NCBI GenBank assembly: GCA_043799575.1
Contig: JAZDNQ010000010.1
Location: forward strand, 1 to 37,720
DNA length: 37,720 nt
Reading direction: 5' to 3'
Source: Patescibacteria group bacterium
GTDB taxonomy: Bacteria; Patescibacteriota; Gracilibacteria; JAHISY01
The notes beneath the pieces were generated by a model, which was not told the DNA's origin, did not search any database, and saw only the letters and a list, made by a program, of their open reading frames with translations. This document shows, piece by piece, positions 8,776-18,433 of this stretch. Position numbers and translations under genes: made by a program. Each line of letters begins with the position of its first letter. The first letter of the stretch is position 1.

Positions 8776-9299
8776 TGCTCACAAAAAAACTTCTTCGCGA
8801 CAAGAGAATGGTTCTCGGCATCATGCTCGGAGCGATCATTTTTTCGATCGCACTTTTTGGTCGAATGACTGGCAATTATTTAACCGCGGCAGTCGATTTG
8901 AATTTGGGCGGAGTGCTCGGCGGACTCGGAGTCGATGTCTCGACCGGTGGTTTCAATTTCAGCACAGGCGGCGGATCAGCCGTCCAACCGGGCTGCGGCG
9001 GCGGCAATTGCCTCGTCGTGCCCAACGCCGGAGTTTATTCTGGCATCGTAGGCGCAACCTCGATCCGTGACGCGATTATCAAATGGACGAATTTTTTTCT
9101 CGGATTTCTGACTCTAATCGCGATGATTATTCTGATTTACGCCGGCTTCATGTACATCACCGCAGCTGGAAGCGACGACCAAGCCAAAAAAGCCAAAAAT
9201 ACAATTATCTGGGTCGTGATTGGAATTATTATTATCATGCTCGCTTACGCCTTTGTGAATACTTTTATCACGACTGGCCCGACAGGCCGGGATTACTAA
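8775..9299 (+). CDS. Single-domain VirB2/TrbC-like pilin
   Basis: IYAGFMYITAAGSDDQAKKAKNTIIWVVIG; TAATG stop/start overlap with the upstream gene. Confidence 0.82.
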   Translation: MLTKKLLRDKRMVLGIMLGAIIFSIALFGRMTGNYLTAAVDLNLGGVLGGLGVDVSTGGFNFSTGGGSAVQPGCGGGNCLVVPNAGVYSGIVGATSIRDAIIKWTNFFLGFLTLIAMIILIYAGFMYITAAGSDDQAKKAKNTIIWVVIGIIIIMLAYAFVNTFITTGPTGRDY

Positions 9300-9309
9300 T
9301 CAAACCAAA

Positions 9310-11493
9310 ATGGAAAACCAAGATCTCTCCGATTTCGATGAAATTGCCGCTCCGGCTCATCCAGAGGAAACTCTCGCTGATCGTGTCGCCGCCGAAAAAC
9401 CGCAGCCAATGAATAAAAAACCGATCAACGGGAAAAAAATGGCGTGGGGCTGTCTCTTTCTGTTTTTGGCTGTTTTCTTCATTTTGCTGATCGCGATGGC
9501 GCTCGGATTGAACGCCAATGAAGATACAATATTGAGCCTCGGTCTCAATCCGGTCAGTCTCAAAAACTGGTCGATCGGAATGGTCAATTTCTTTTTCGGC
9601 GCGATCGCTCTGACCAGTTTAATCGTGATGATTTCGAGCCTGACGCGACGTCTGCTCGGCAAAAGAGAAGATGTTTTCGGTATGAACCGCGCGATGAAAA
9701 GAGTTTTTGTCAGTTTTGGAGTTTTCATCACAACAGTTTCAGTGTGGTTCTTGGTTTACGATTATTTCAGCCAGTTCGAAATGAAAGAACCCGAGCTGCC
9801 GATCGAGATCGTGACAAATCCAACGGAAACTTTGAATCTCACGTCTCCAGTACGAGTCGAATTTTCCGCGGAACGTATCACTCAAAAATTTCAGTCGGAT
9901 TACAAAATAATTAGCTATGAATGGGACAAAGAAAATGACGGAAGCATCGACGAAACCGGTCCAAAAACGACGATTTATTTTGTCGATGGCGGCAAAGACA
10001 ACGGTTTTTTTAACGTCAACCTGACAGTAAAAATTCAGCCAAAAACCGGCGGGCCGGTCGAGACGCGGAAATACGAAAAACAAGTTTCGATTTCGAATCA
10101 AAAAATCTACGGCGAAATCACGACTGATAAAGAATCGGGTGAAGCGCCTTTGATGGTGCGTTTCAACGCGAACGGAATCAAAGATCCGAGCGGCGCGAAA
10201 ATTACGAATTTCAGCTGGGATCTCGACGGCGACGGGCGCCCGGATCGCGACGGCGCGAGCTACGGCACGACCGAGTGGACTTTCGAAAAAATCGGCGAAC
10301 ACACTGTGACTTTGGTCGTGACTTCCGCGGATTACAATGACGACGGCACACACGAAACACAATCTTTCGAAAAAACGATCACTGTCCGTGAACCGGCCGG
10401 TGCAGTGAAATCGAATATTTGGATTGAAGCAACTCCGCAGCGCGGTTTTTCACCGCTCGCGGTCACGCTCATCGCGAAAAATGAATCACTCGACAAAGAT
10501 GCTCCACGCATCGACAAATACGAATGGCGCATCGGCGATGGAATGGCGACACTTTTTGGCCAGCGCACCAAATACACTTTCGACAAACCGGGCAATTATC
10601 CGGTTTCGTTGATTGTTACTTTCGCGAATGGACAAATGAGCAGTGCAACAGAAGAGATCGTGGTCAATGACCAAAGTTTTTCACCAACCGCAAAAATCAC
10701 CAGCGATCCGGCGATGAATAGTTCGAAAAAGGCGATCACTGGTCCAGCGCCTTTGACAGTCAAATTCGACGGAACAAAGTCAACCGACCCGGATGATAAT
10801 ATCGTGAAATACGATTGGGATTTCGACGGCGACGGATTTTGGGACGAAGAAGGCAGTACGATTTTGCACGAATTCCGGACAGCTGGTGAATACGAAACAG
10901 TTTTGCGCATCACTGATGCCGACGGCAATGAATCACGCGCGACGATCAAAGTCATCGCGGGAGAGGAAAACGCTATTATCAGCTTCGGCGCAGACAAACT
11001 TTCCGGTGCGGCGCCACTCACAGTCGATTTCGACGCTTCTGGCTCGCGTGTCCCGACTGGCAAAAAAATTATTTCGTACGAGTGGAATTTCGCAGCTGAC
11101 AAAGATCAAAACAAAACTTTCATTTACGATCGCGCGCAAACTTCGCATGTTTTCGAAACCGTCGGCGAGCATCTCGTGAAGCTAACTTTGCACGCGGACG
11201 ACGGCAGCGAATATTACGACACCCTAAAAATCGTGGCTTCGTACGCTTCGCTGCAGGCGAATTTCAATATGTCACGTAGTACTGGTCCGACTCCGCTCGC
11301 GATTTCTTTCGATGCGACTGCTTCAAGCGGCGAATTCACACGCGTCGCGTGGAATTTCGGCGACGGCACGACGAGTACCGAACAAAAACCGAGCCACATC
11401 TTCGAAAAATCCGGCAAGTATGAAGTCGTACTCAAGATTTACGACGCGTTTGGCAATATCTCGCAAACGAGTAAAACTGTAACTGCCAATTAA
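9310..11493 (+). CDS. PKD-domain surface protein (three N-terminal TM helices, six PKD/Ig repeats)
   Basis: Six GxxPLxVxF-like starts and W[DN]xxDG motifs (SWDLDGDG, DWDFDGDG, AWNFGDG). Confidence 0.88.
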   Translation: MENQDLSDFDEIAAPAHPEETLADRVAAEKPQPMNKKPINGKKMAWGCLFLFLAVFFILLIAMALGLNANEDTILSLGLNPVSLKNWSIGMVNFFFGAIALTSLIVMISSLTRRLLGKREDVFGMNRAMKRVFVSFGVFITTVSVWFLVYDYFSQFEMKEPELPIEIVTNPTETLNLTSPVRVEFSAERITQKFQSDYKIISYEWDKENDGSIDETGPKTTIYFVDGGKDNGFFNVNLTVKIQPKTGGPVETRKYEKQVSISNQKIYGEITTDKESGEAPLMVRFNANGIKDPSGAKITNFSWDLDGDGRPDRDGASYGTTEWTFEKIGEHTVTLVVTSADYNDDGTHETQSFEKTITVREPAGAVKSNIWIEATPQRGFSPLAVTLIAKNESLDKDAPRIDKYEWRIGDGMATLFGQRTKYTFDKPGNYPVSLIVTFANGQMSSATEEIVVNDQSFSPTAKITSDPAMNSSKKAITGPAPLTVKFDGTKSTDPDDNIVKYDWDFDGDGFWDEEGSTILHEFRTAGEYETVLRITDADGNESRATIKVIAGEENAIISFGADKLSGAAPLTVDFDASGSRVPTGKKIISYEWNFAADKDQNKTFIYDRAQTSHVFETVGEHLVKLTLHADDGSEYYDTLKIVASYASLQANFNMSRSTGPTPLAISFDATASSGEFTRVAWNFGDGTTSTEQKPSHIFEKSGKYEVVLKIYDAFGNISQTSKTVTAN

Positions 11494-11496
11494 TTT

Positions 11497-12450
11497 ATGC
11501 AAGCCAAAATTTATTTCTTCGAGGTCGAGCCAACCGACCGCAAAGCTATTTTGCAAAAATATCCCAAAGCGCAGATTTTTGCTGCGCCATTTTCCACGAA
11601 ACTTTTGCCAAAATGTAAATCAGCGGAAATTATTTGTGGAATGGTGCATTCGGATTTTTCGCGCAAAAATTTGGTGCAACTGCCAAATCTAAAATTGGTC
11701 GTGACACGCACGGCGGGCTACGACCACATCGATTTGAAATATCTCGCTGAGCGCAAAATCCCAGCGGGTTTCGTCCCAGAATACGGCTCGTACGCGATCG
11801 CGGAGCATGTTTTCGCGCTGCTGCTCACGAGCTGCCGCAATGTTTTGGAAGGGGAGGAGCGCACCAGTCATGACAATTTTTCGTGGTGCGGTCTGCGCGG
11901 CAAAGCACTCAATGGCCACACCATCGGCGTGATCGGCACGGGCCGCATCGGCGCGCAAGTTTGCCGCATCGCGAGCGACGGATTTTTGATGAATGTCCTC
12001 GGCTACGACGTGCTGAAAAATCCCGAGCTGAAAAAATTGCGCAATTTCAAATATACGAGTCTCGCGAATTTGCTGAAAAAAGCCGATTTTATTTCGCTGC
12101 ATTTGCCGCTTTTGCCGACGACGCAACATCTCATCAATGCAAAAACGATCGCGCAAATGAAAACCGGTGTTGTTTTGATCAATACTGCGCGGGGCGGATT
12201 GATCGATACTCCCGCGCTCGTGAAGGCGATTAAAAAAGGCAAATTTGGTCGCGTCGCGCTGGATGTCGTCGAGCACGAAAATAATTTGCGCGAAGACCGC
12301 AAATTGCTGCATTTACCACATGTGGTGATCACACCGCACATCGCGTTTTACACTGAGGAAACGAATGAAAAAATGTATCTCGAGGCATTTCGCTCGATTG
12401 ATGAATTTCAAAAAGGTAAAAAGCTGACGCACCAAATTGTGGGTCAATAG
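11497..12450 (+). CDS. D-isomer-specific 2-hydroxyacid (D-lactate-like) dehydrogenase
   Basis: TRTAGYDHID, GVIGTGRIG, LINTARGGLID, ITPHIAFYT. Confidence 0.9.
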   Translation: MQAKIYFFEVEPTDRKAILQKYPKAQIFAAPFSTKLLPKCKSAEIICGMVHSDFSRKNLVQLPNLKLVVTRTAGYDHIDLKYLAERKIPAGFVPEYGSYAIAEHVFALLLTSCRNVLEGEERTSHDNFSWCGLRGKALNGHTIGVIGTGRIGAQVCRIASDGFLMNVLGYDVLKNPELKKLRNFKYTSLANLLKKADFISLHLPLLPTTQHLINAKTIAQMKTGVVLINTARGGLIDTPALVKAIKKGKFGRVALDVVEHENNLREDRKLLHLPHVVITPHIAFYTEETNEKMYLEAFRSIDEFQKGKKLTHQIVGQ

Positions 12451-12479
12451 AACATTAAATTAAATTTAATCAATTTAAT

Positions 12480-12508
12480 TTGACAACATAAAATACCAAA
12501 GTTAAATT
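12480..12508 (+). promoter_or_regulatory. hicBA promoter, probably leaderless
   Basis: TTGACA-17 nt-TAAATT-7 nt-ATG 12516. Confidence 0.6.
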
Positions 12509-12515
12509 GGCGGTG

Positions 12516-12836
12516 ATGCTCACTCTGAAACTCCTCAAATTTTTCCGACCGGCTGATTTTGCTTTTGAACGACAAAAGTTCGTTAACCGAATTCCACGTA
12601 AATATTCAGTCGAATGCAGCCAGGACAAAGATGGCGTTTTTTACGCACGCGTAAATGAATTTGAAAATGTGTTAGCTTTCGGAGATTCTCAGGAAGAAGC
12701 TCTGAATATGGTTTATGATGCTCTTTTGACCTACTTAGCAATTCCGCGAGAAGTCGCTGTGGATCTGAAACCGGAGTTTGATTATGCCAAAAAAGAAATT
12801 AAAACTCGAGATTGTTTTAAATTAGCCACAGCCTAA
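12516..12836 (+). CDS. hicB: HicB-like antitoxin without obvious DNA-binding domain
   Basis: DGVFYARVNEFENVLAFGDSQEEALNMVYDAL matches the HicB N-terminal fold pattern; directly upstream of hicA. Confidence 0.75.
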   Translation: MLTLKLLKFFRPADFAFERQKFVNRIPRKYSVECSQDKDGVFYARVNEFENVLAFGDSQEEALNMVYDALLTYLAIPREVAVDLKPEFDYAKKEIKTRDCFKLATA

Positions 12837-12837
12837 A

Positions 12838-13074
12838 ATGGGAAACGAGCCTTCGTTTGGCAGACGAAAGGCGGTGCGAGCTTTTAAAAAATTGGGATTT
12901 TTGGTTGTGAAAGACCGTGGCAAAGGCAGCCATTATTTGATCGTTCACCAAGCTGGTAATTTCCCTTTACCGAAAGAAAAACATGACGGTTATCCGCCCG
13001 GATTTTGTAAAGGAATCGAACGCTATTTAAACAGCTGCGGATTCACTTACGGAGATTTCCTGCGAAAAATTTAA
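12838..13074 (+). CDS. hicA: HicA-family mRNA interferase toxin
   Basis: 78 aa, AFKKLGF...RGKGSHY motif. Confidence 0.78.
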   Translation: MGNEPSFGRRKAVRAFKKLGFLVVKDRGKGSHYLIVHQAGNFPLPKEKHDGYPPGFCKGIERYLNSCGFTYGDFLRKI

Positions 13075-13084
13075 TAACGAAATT

Positions 13085-13160
13085 TGGCAGGCCCAGAAGG
13101 ATTCGAACCCTCCCTTGCGGTTTTGGAGACCGCCGTGCTAACCACTGACACTATGGGCCT
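13085..13160 (-). tRNA. tRNA-Trp(CCA)
   Basis: Cloverleaf AGGCCCA...TGGGCCT-G-CCA, anticodon loop ctCCAaa, GTTCGAATC T-loop. Confidence 0.95.
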
Positions 13161-13181
13161 ATTTTTGTGAGCGCGATTTTA

Positions 13182-14087
13182 TCAATTCACGAGAAAATAA
13201 GCGATTCCGAGAATCGCGAAACTGCCAAGCGAAGTCAGCACGACCAGATTCGCGACTTCGCCGACGAAAAATTTGTAGCGTTCGGCGAAAACCGCGAGCG
13301 AAATCGCCGCCGGAATGCCGGATTGCAAAAGCAAAAATTGGTGCAGCGACGCGTCCGGTTTCAGCCAAAACTGCAAAATTAAAAAAGTCGCGAGCGGCAG
13401 CGCGAGCAAACGAAAGAGCGCGAGCGGAATTGATTTCCGCAATTCAGCCAAAGAAAAATTTTCGAAAATAAAAATGCCGAGTGCAAAAATCGCGAGTGGC
13501 CCGGCGGTCTGGCCAATCAGTCCGGCCGCGTCGAGCAGCGGTTTCGCCGGAACTTTTAAAATTGAAAAAACGACGCCAGCGAGAATCGCGAGAATCAGCG
13601 GATTGCGAAAAATTTTCCCACAAAAACACCAGCCCGAACCGCGTGCCGTCGCATATTCAAAAAGATAAATCGTGAGCAAAATCCCGACCGGTCCGAGAAT
13701 CGAGGAAGAAATAATCGCGAAATTGAGACCCGCATCGCCCGCGAGCGCCTCGAAAAAAGTCACGCCAAAAAAGGCATTTGAACCGAAGACAATCGCGAGC
13801 GCGAGCAGCGCGAAAGTATTTTTCGAGAGAATCCGCATGACGCGCAAAATCAGCAAAAACGCGAGCAGCGCGAAAATCGGCGCGAGCGAACCGAGCACGA
13901 TTTTCGGATCGATCGAAGCGAGATCAGTCTCGGCAATTTTGGCGAAAAAGAGCGCGGGCAGCGCGAAATAGTAAATATAATTACTGAGTCCACGCGTGTG
14001 CTCGGCATTCAAAATCTGCAATCGGCGCGCGAGCCAGCCGAAAAAAATCACCAGCGCGAGCGTCCCGAGAGCGAAGAAAATTGCCAT
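13182..14087 (-). CDS. AEC (auxin efflux carrier) family transporter
   Basis: About ten TMs, YFALPALFF, FGSNAFFG, FRNPLILA. Confidence 0.88.
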   Translation of the reverse strand: MAIFFALGTLALVIFFGWLARRLQILNAEHTRGLSNYIYYFALPALFFAKIAETDLASIDPKIVLGSLAPIFALLAFLLILRVMRILSKNTFALLALAIVFGSNAFFGVTFFEALAGDAGLNFAIISSSILGPVGILLTIYLFEYATARGSGWCFCGKIFRNPLILAILAGVVFSILKVPAKPLLDAAGLIGQTAGPLAIFALGIFIFENFSLAELRKSIPLALFRLLALPLATFLILQFWLKPDASLHQFLLLQSGIPAAISLAVFAERYKFFVGEVANLVVLTSLGSFAILGIAYFLVN

Positions 14088-14140
14088 TTTTTTATTTGAA
14101 AGAAAGTTTTGTAAAATGATTTTAATTTAATTTCGCAAAA

Positions 14141-15070
14141 ATGCTGACAACTTCAACCGAACTCTTTCAAAAAGCGCTCGCGGGCAAATACGCGCTCGGC
14201 GCATTCAATGTGAATAATCTCGAAATAATCCAAGGAATCATGGAAGGCGCGCGCGCGAAGAAAGCGCCGCTAATTTTACAAGTTTCGGCGGGCGCGCGGG
14301 AATACGCCGGCGCGCCGTTTTTGCGGAAATTGGTCGAAGGCGCGGCGGAAATTTACGAGGAAATTCCGATCGTCTTCCACCTCGACCACGGCGTGGATTT
14401 CGAAATTTGCAAAGACTGTATCGATCACGGTTTCACGAGCGTGATGATTGACGGCTCGAAATTTTCCTTCGAAGAAAATATCGCGCTCACGAAAAAAGTC
14501 GTCGAATACGCGCACACGAAAGGCGTCGTCGTCGAGGGCGAGCTGGGAAAATTGGAGGGCATCGAGGACGACGTGAAAGTCGCGGCGGGCGAGGGAAGCT
14601 ACACCGATCCAGAACAAGCCGCAGAATTCGTCGCGAAAACGGGTGTCGATTCGCTCGCGGTCGCGATCGGGACGTCGCACGGCGCGTACAAATTTCCGCC
14701 GAATGTCGATCCGAAACTCGACTTCGAGCGCGCGAAAAAGATTTTCGAACTCGTGAAAATACCACTCGTGCTCCATGGTGCGAGCTCGGTGCTGCAGTAT
14801 CTTGTCGCGACGATCAATAAATTCGGCGGGAAAGTCGAAAACTCAAAAGGCGTACCGGAAGAGGCGATCACCGAAGCGACGAAATGCGGCGTCGCAAAAG
14901 TGAATATCGACACGGATATTCGGCTCGCGATGACCGCCGCAGTGCGCCAAAATCTCGTCGAAATGCCGGAAAATTTTGATGTCCGAAAATTCCTCGGCGC
15001 AGCGCGAACAGCTGTCCAAAAAATGGTCGAGCACAAAATCGATATTCTCGGTTGCGCGGGGAAAATTTAA
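14141..15070 (+). CDS. fba: Class II fructose-1,6-bisphosphate aldolase
   Basis: FHLDHG, FTSVMIDGS, VEGELG, AIGTSHGAYKF, LVLHGAS, KVNIDTD. Confidence 0.95.
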   Translation: MLTTSTELFQKALAGKYALGAFNVNNLEIIQGIMEGARAKKAPLILQVSAGAREYAGAPFLRKLVEGAAEIYEEIPIVFHLDHGVDFEICKDCIDHGFTSVMIDGSKFSFEENIALTKKVVEYAHTKGVVVEGELGKLEGIEDDVKVAAGEGSYTDPEQAAEFVAKTGVDSLAVAIGTSHGAYKFPPNVDPKLDFERAKKIFELVKIPLVLHGASSVLQYLVATINKFGGKVENSKGVPEEAITEATKCGVAKVNIDTDIRLAMTAAVRQNLVEMPENFDVRKFLGAARTAVQKMVEHKIDILGCAGKI

Positions 15071-16344
15071 CGACAGCTTGCCGGAATCCCGGTTTCGCCC
15101 AAAATTTTGTAAGTTTCAGAATAATCGTTTTGGATATCCCAAACCGTGAAACCGCAAATTCCGGCGTCAAAAACGGCCGCGATTTGGTCACGCATTTGTT
15201 TCGTCGTCGTGTAAAAACCCTGAATCCACGGCCGCAGTTTTTTCGCATTGTCACCCAAAAGTCTTTGGTATTTCTGCAAAGTCAGATAAACCGTCGAGTA
15301 TTCGAAACTCGTGCCTTTCAAATAATATTTTTGGTTGTCGCGTGAAAAAGTCGACGGGTAAAGCATCGGCGAGATGATATCCGCGAGATCGGCAAGTTTG
15401 CGAATGTCTTGTCCGAGCGCGTTCGCGGTTTGATTGGCATCTTCCCACGGAATCACTGCAAAAGTATCGACTGAAAGAATCGCGTCGCGTTTTTGGGAAT
15501 CAATCGCTTCGCGCGCCATCGCGACGAAATTCGTGATATTTTGAATTTTTTGCTGACCAGTCAGCCCGAGAAAAGCGCTTGTGAATTTGTCGGGATAGCG
15601 AATGAAATCGAGATTAATTTCGTCAACGCCCGCCGCGACGATCTCGGAAATAATTTGGCGATTGTACTCGATGACCTCGGAATCGGTAGGATCGACCCAC
15701 TCGGGCACTGGCTCGCGAGAATATTTGCCGGTCAGCCAAACTTCTGGATTGCCGAAAGCGAACTGCGGATCTTTGACTGCGATGACGCGCGCAATCGTGT
15801 AAATCCCAGCTGAATTGAGTTGTTCAACAATCTTCGGCAAATCGTAAAGTGGTTTGATCAAACCGTTTTCTTTCGCGATTGCGGAACTTGAATTGAAATA
15901 AACATAACTACCCTTAACATCGAAAAGAATCGACGGATGGTCGAGCTGCTTCAGCTTTTCAATTTCTTTCGCAAGAAAAGTTTTGTTCGCGACATTATTC
16001 ATATGCACATACACGCCGATCTTTTTCTCGGCTTGGCGGCGCGCACTCGCACTCGGCAAAAGTTCGGTCTCAGGCAAAGCGTCGAAAACCATTTTTTGCA
16101 CTGCAGCGTCTGCTGAACCGGAAAAGCTAGCATAAATTTCGTCATAAAGTTTCGGCGGGGGAGTGTAAAAAACATCTTCGGCCGAACCATTTTCGACCGC
16201 GAAAGTGTAATTGAGGAAAAGATTGCCGCCAGCCAAGATGCTCGCGAGCAGGCAGAAAAATAAGGCAAAACTAAAAATTTTGAGCGAGCGCCGTGTACGG
16301 CTGACGAAATCGGATTCGAGCAGAATCTCCCGGGAGCTGTGCAT
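15067..16344 (-). CDS. Putative glycoside hydrolase (DUF4015-like TIM barrel), membrane-anchored
   Basis: IYTIARVIAVKD, WVDP, GVDEINLDFIRYP, ISPMLYPS, LRPWIQGF. Confidence 0.8.
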   Translation of the reverse strand: MHSSREILLESDFVSRTRRSLKIFSFALFFCLLASILAGGNLFLNYTFAVENGSAEDVFYTPPPKLYDEIYASFSGSADAAVQKMVFDALPETELLPSASARRQAEKKIGVYVHMNNVANKTFLAKEIEKLKQLDHPSILFDVKGSYVYFNSSSAIAKENGLIKPLYDLPKIVEQLNSAGIYTIARVIAVKDPQFAFGNPEVWLTGKYSREPVPEWVDPTDSEVIEYNRQIISEIVAAGVDEINLDFIRYPDKFTSAFLGLTGQQKIQNITNFVAMAREAIDSQKRDAILSVDTFAVIPWEDANQTANALGQDIRKLADLADIISPMLYPSTFSRDNQKYYLKGTSFEYSTVYLTLQKYQRLLGDNAKKLRPWIQGFYTTTKQMRDQIAAVFDAGICGFTVWDIQNDYSETYKILGETGIPASCR

Positions 16345-16350
16345 TCTTGG

Positions 16351-16379
16351 AATTTAAACTTAACTTGCTAAAAAGTCAA
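16351..16379 (-). promoter_or_regulatory. Sigma70 promoter, probably leaderless
   Basis: TTGACT-17 nt-TAAATT-6 nt-ATG 16344. Confidence 0.55.
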
Positions 16380-16441
16380 GTTTATGGCGCTTAATTTTTG
16401 TATACAATTTGTTAAAATTCCTGCGCACTCTAAAAATCCAA

Positions 16442-17527
16442 ATGGCAACAATTCTAAAATTTATCCAGCCGTATCTGACGAAGCTGCATTATACTATTTT
16501 TTGGGGTATAAGGGCGGACAAATATTTGACCGCCTTCGGCGTTTTGGTTGGGATTTTGCTGATTTCCTGGATTTGGAAAAGATACATTTTGCGCAATTTC
16601 AAAAAACTGGCTAGTAAAACTGCGACCGATTTGGACGACACTTTGGTCGCGGTTTTGGACGAAGTCCCGACTTATTTTTATCTTTTTATCGGCCTTTTCG
16701 TCGCGTTTTATTTTTTGGGGATTACGGACAAAAACATTATCAAAATCGTCAATGAGGTTTTTCTAATTGTGGTTTCTTTTAGGGTAATCGCAATTTTGCA
16801 AAAATTTATCAGCTACACTTTGCGCCGAGTTTGGTCGCGCGACGGCAAGGTGATCGAAGAAAAAGAAACTGCTCTACATGGTGTCAAAATCGTGACCAAC
16901 ATTGTGCTGTGGAGCGTGGGCTTTTTGATTATTTTGAATAGTCTCGGCTTCAATATCAGCACGCTCGCGGCGAGTTTGGGGATCGGCGGCGTCGCGATCG
17001 CTTTCGCGCTGCAGAATATTTTGGGCGATCTGTTTTCGAGTTTCGCGATTTATTTCGACAAACCGTTTCAGATCGGCGATCAAATCATGATCGGGACTGA
17101 CACCGGGAGAGTCAAAAAAATTGGTTTGAAAACGACACGCATCACAACCATGCAAGGGGAGGAGCTGGTGATTGGCAATAAAGAGCTGACTTCGACTTCA
17201 ATCAAGAATTTCAAAAAAATGAAAAAACGCCGCGTCGCTTTCACGATCGGCGTGGTTTACTCGACACCTTTGAAAAAGCTCAAAAAGATTCCGGGAATTA
17301 TCAAAATAATCATTGAAAAAAACGAACTGGCCGAATTTGAGCGCGTGCATTTTTACCAGTTCGGTGATTCGAGTTTAAATTTCGAAGTTGTTTATTTCGT
17401 TAAAAGCAAGGAATATCTGGATTATATGAATCTGCAGCAAGAAATTAATTTTGCGATTCTGGCTGCTTTCGAAAAGGAAAAAGTCGAGATGGCTTTCCCG
17501 ACGCGGACGGTCCACCTCGTGAAATAA
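16442..17527 (+). CDS. Small-conductance mechanosensitive channel (MscS family)
   Basis: LAASLGIGGVAIAFALQNILGDLF, DKPFQIGD, IGLKTTRI, MAFPTRTV; first ATG chosen as start. Confidence 0.92.
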   Translation: MATILKFIQPYLTKLHYTIFWGIRADKYLTAFGVLVGILLISWIWKRYILRNFKKLASKTATDLDDTLVAVLDEVPTYFYLFIGLFVAFYFLGITDKNIIKIVNEVFLIVVSFRVIAILQKFISYTLRRVWSRDGKVIEEKETALHGVKIVTNIVLWSVGFLIILNSLGFNISTLAASLGIGGVAIAFALQNILGDLFSSFAIYFDKPFQIGDQIMIGTDTGRVKKIGLKTTRITTMQGEELVIGNKELTSTSIKNFKKMKKRRVAFTIGVVYSTPLKKLKKIPGIIKIIIEKNELAEFERVHFYQFGDSSLNFEVVYFVKSKEYLDYMNLQQEINFAILAAFEKEKVEMAFPTRTVHLVK

Positions 17528-18433
17528 TTATTGCTCGATCTTCAGATTGAATGATCCGCTCGGCAAATTCGAACCGACAATCCACGGATTCAGTTCTTTG
17601 AGCGCGCGCAAAGTCGTCCCGTTTGCAAGTGCGAAATCGTTCAGGTCGAGCGGCCCGCCGACTGTTTTGATTTGATAATTTGGCCAGGCAAAATAATCGC
17701 CATCTTTCAAATCGTAGCCGTATTTCTCGGGGTCGGACATGATTTCTTTGATCGCGAGAATGCGAAAAAGATATTGGCTCGTCTCGTCATTCAAATACAA
17801 ATCGTAATAATTCGCGACATTTTGGTCGTCGATGCGCCGCGCCAAACCGTTTTCGCCAGAGTTGTAAGCCGCGACTGCGAGAGTCCAGCTGCCAAATTTG
17901 TCGTGTAAAAACTGCAAATAATCGAGTGCCGCCGGTGTCGCTTTTTCAAAATTATTGCGCTCGTCAACCGAATCATCAACGCGCAAACCGTAATGCTGCG
18001 CCGTCGAGGCAACGAATTGCCACAAACCAACTGCGCCCGCACGACTCGCGATATCCTCGCGGAGCGCCGATTCTGCGACCGCGACGTATTTCAAATCATC
18101 GGGCAGATTGCGCTTTTGTAGCTCCGACTCAATCGTCGGGAAATATTTGGGCGCGCGCTTGAGATACAAAATATTTTGGTAATCGCTCGCGAGCAAAACA
18201 AGGAATTCTTTTTCCCAACTTTCCCGGACATAAAAATCGTCGAGCGGCACCGACTCACCGCAAAATTCCAATTCTTTTGGCCAGTCGACCGTGAGCAAAT
18301 TCGTTTTCGACAATAGAATTTTTTCACCCCCGCCAAGTACGATTTTGAAAAAAAGGAAAACAAGTAAGGCCAAACTTCCCCAAAAAACCAAAGGGAAGCG
18401 TGAACGATTGACTAGTGTCGAATGAAATTTCAC
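17528..18433 (-). CDS. Lytic transglycosylase (SLT/MltD-like)
   Basis: VAVAES catalytic Glu, GAVGLWQF, AAYNSGE, LKELNPW. Confidence 0.9.
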   Translation of the reverse strand: MKFHSTLVNRSRFPLVFWGSLALLVFLFFKIVLGGGEKILLSKTNLLTVDWPKELEFCGESVPLDDFYVRESWEKEFLVLLASDYQNILYLKRAPKYFPTIESELQKRNLPDDLKYVAVAESALREDIASRAGAVGLWQFVASTAQHYGLRVDDSVDERNNFEKATPAALDYLQFLHDKFGSWTLAVAAYNSGENGLARRIDDQNVANYYDLYLNDETSQYLFRILAIKEIMSDPEKYGYDLKDGDYFAWPNYQIKTVGGPLDLNDFALANGTTLRALKELNPWIVGSNLPSGSFNLKIEQ

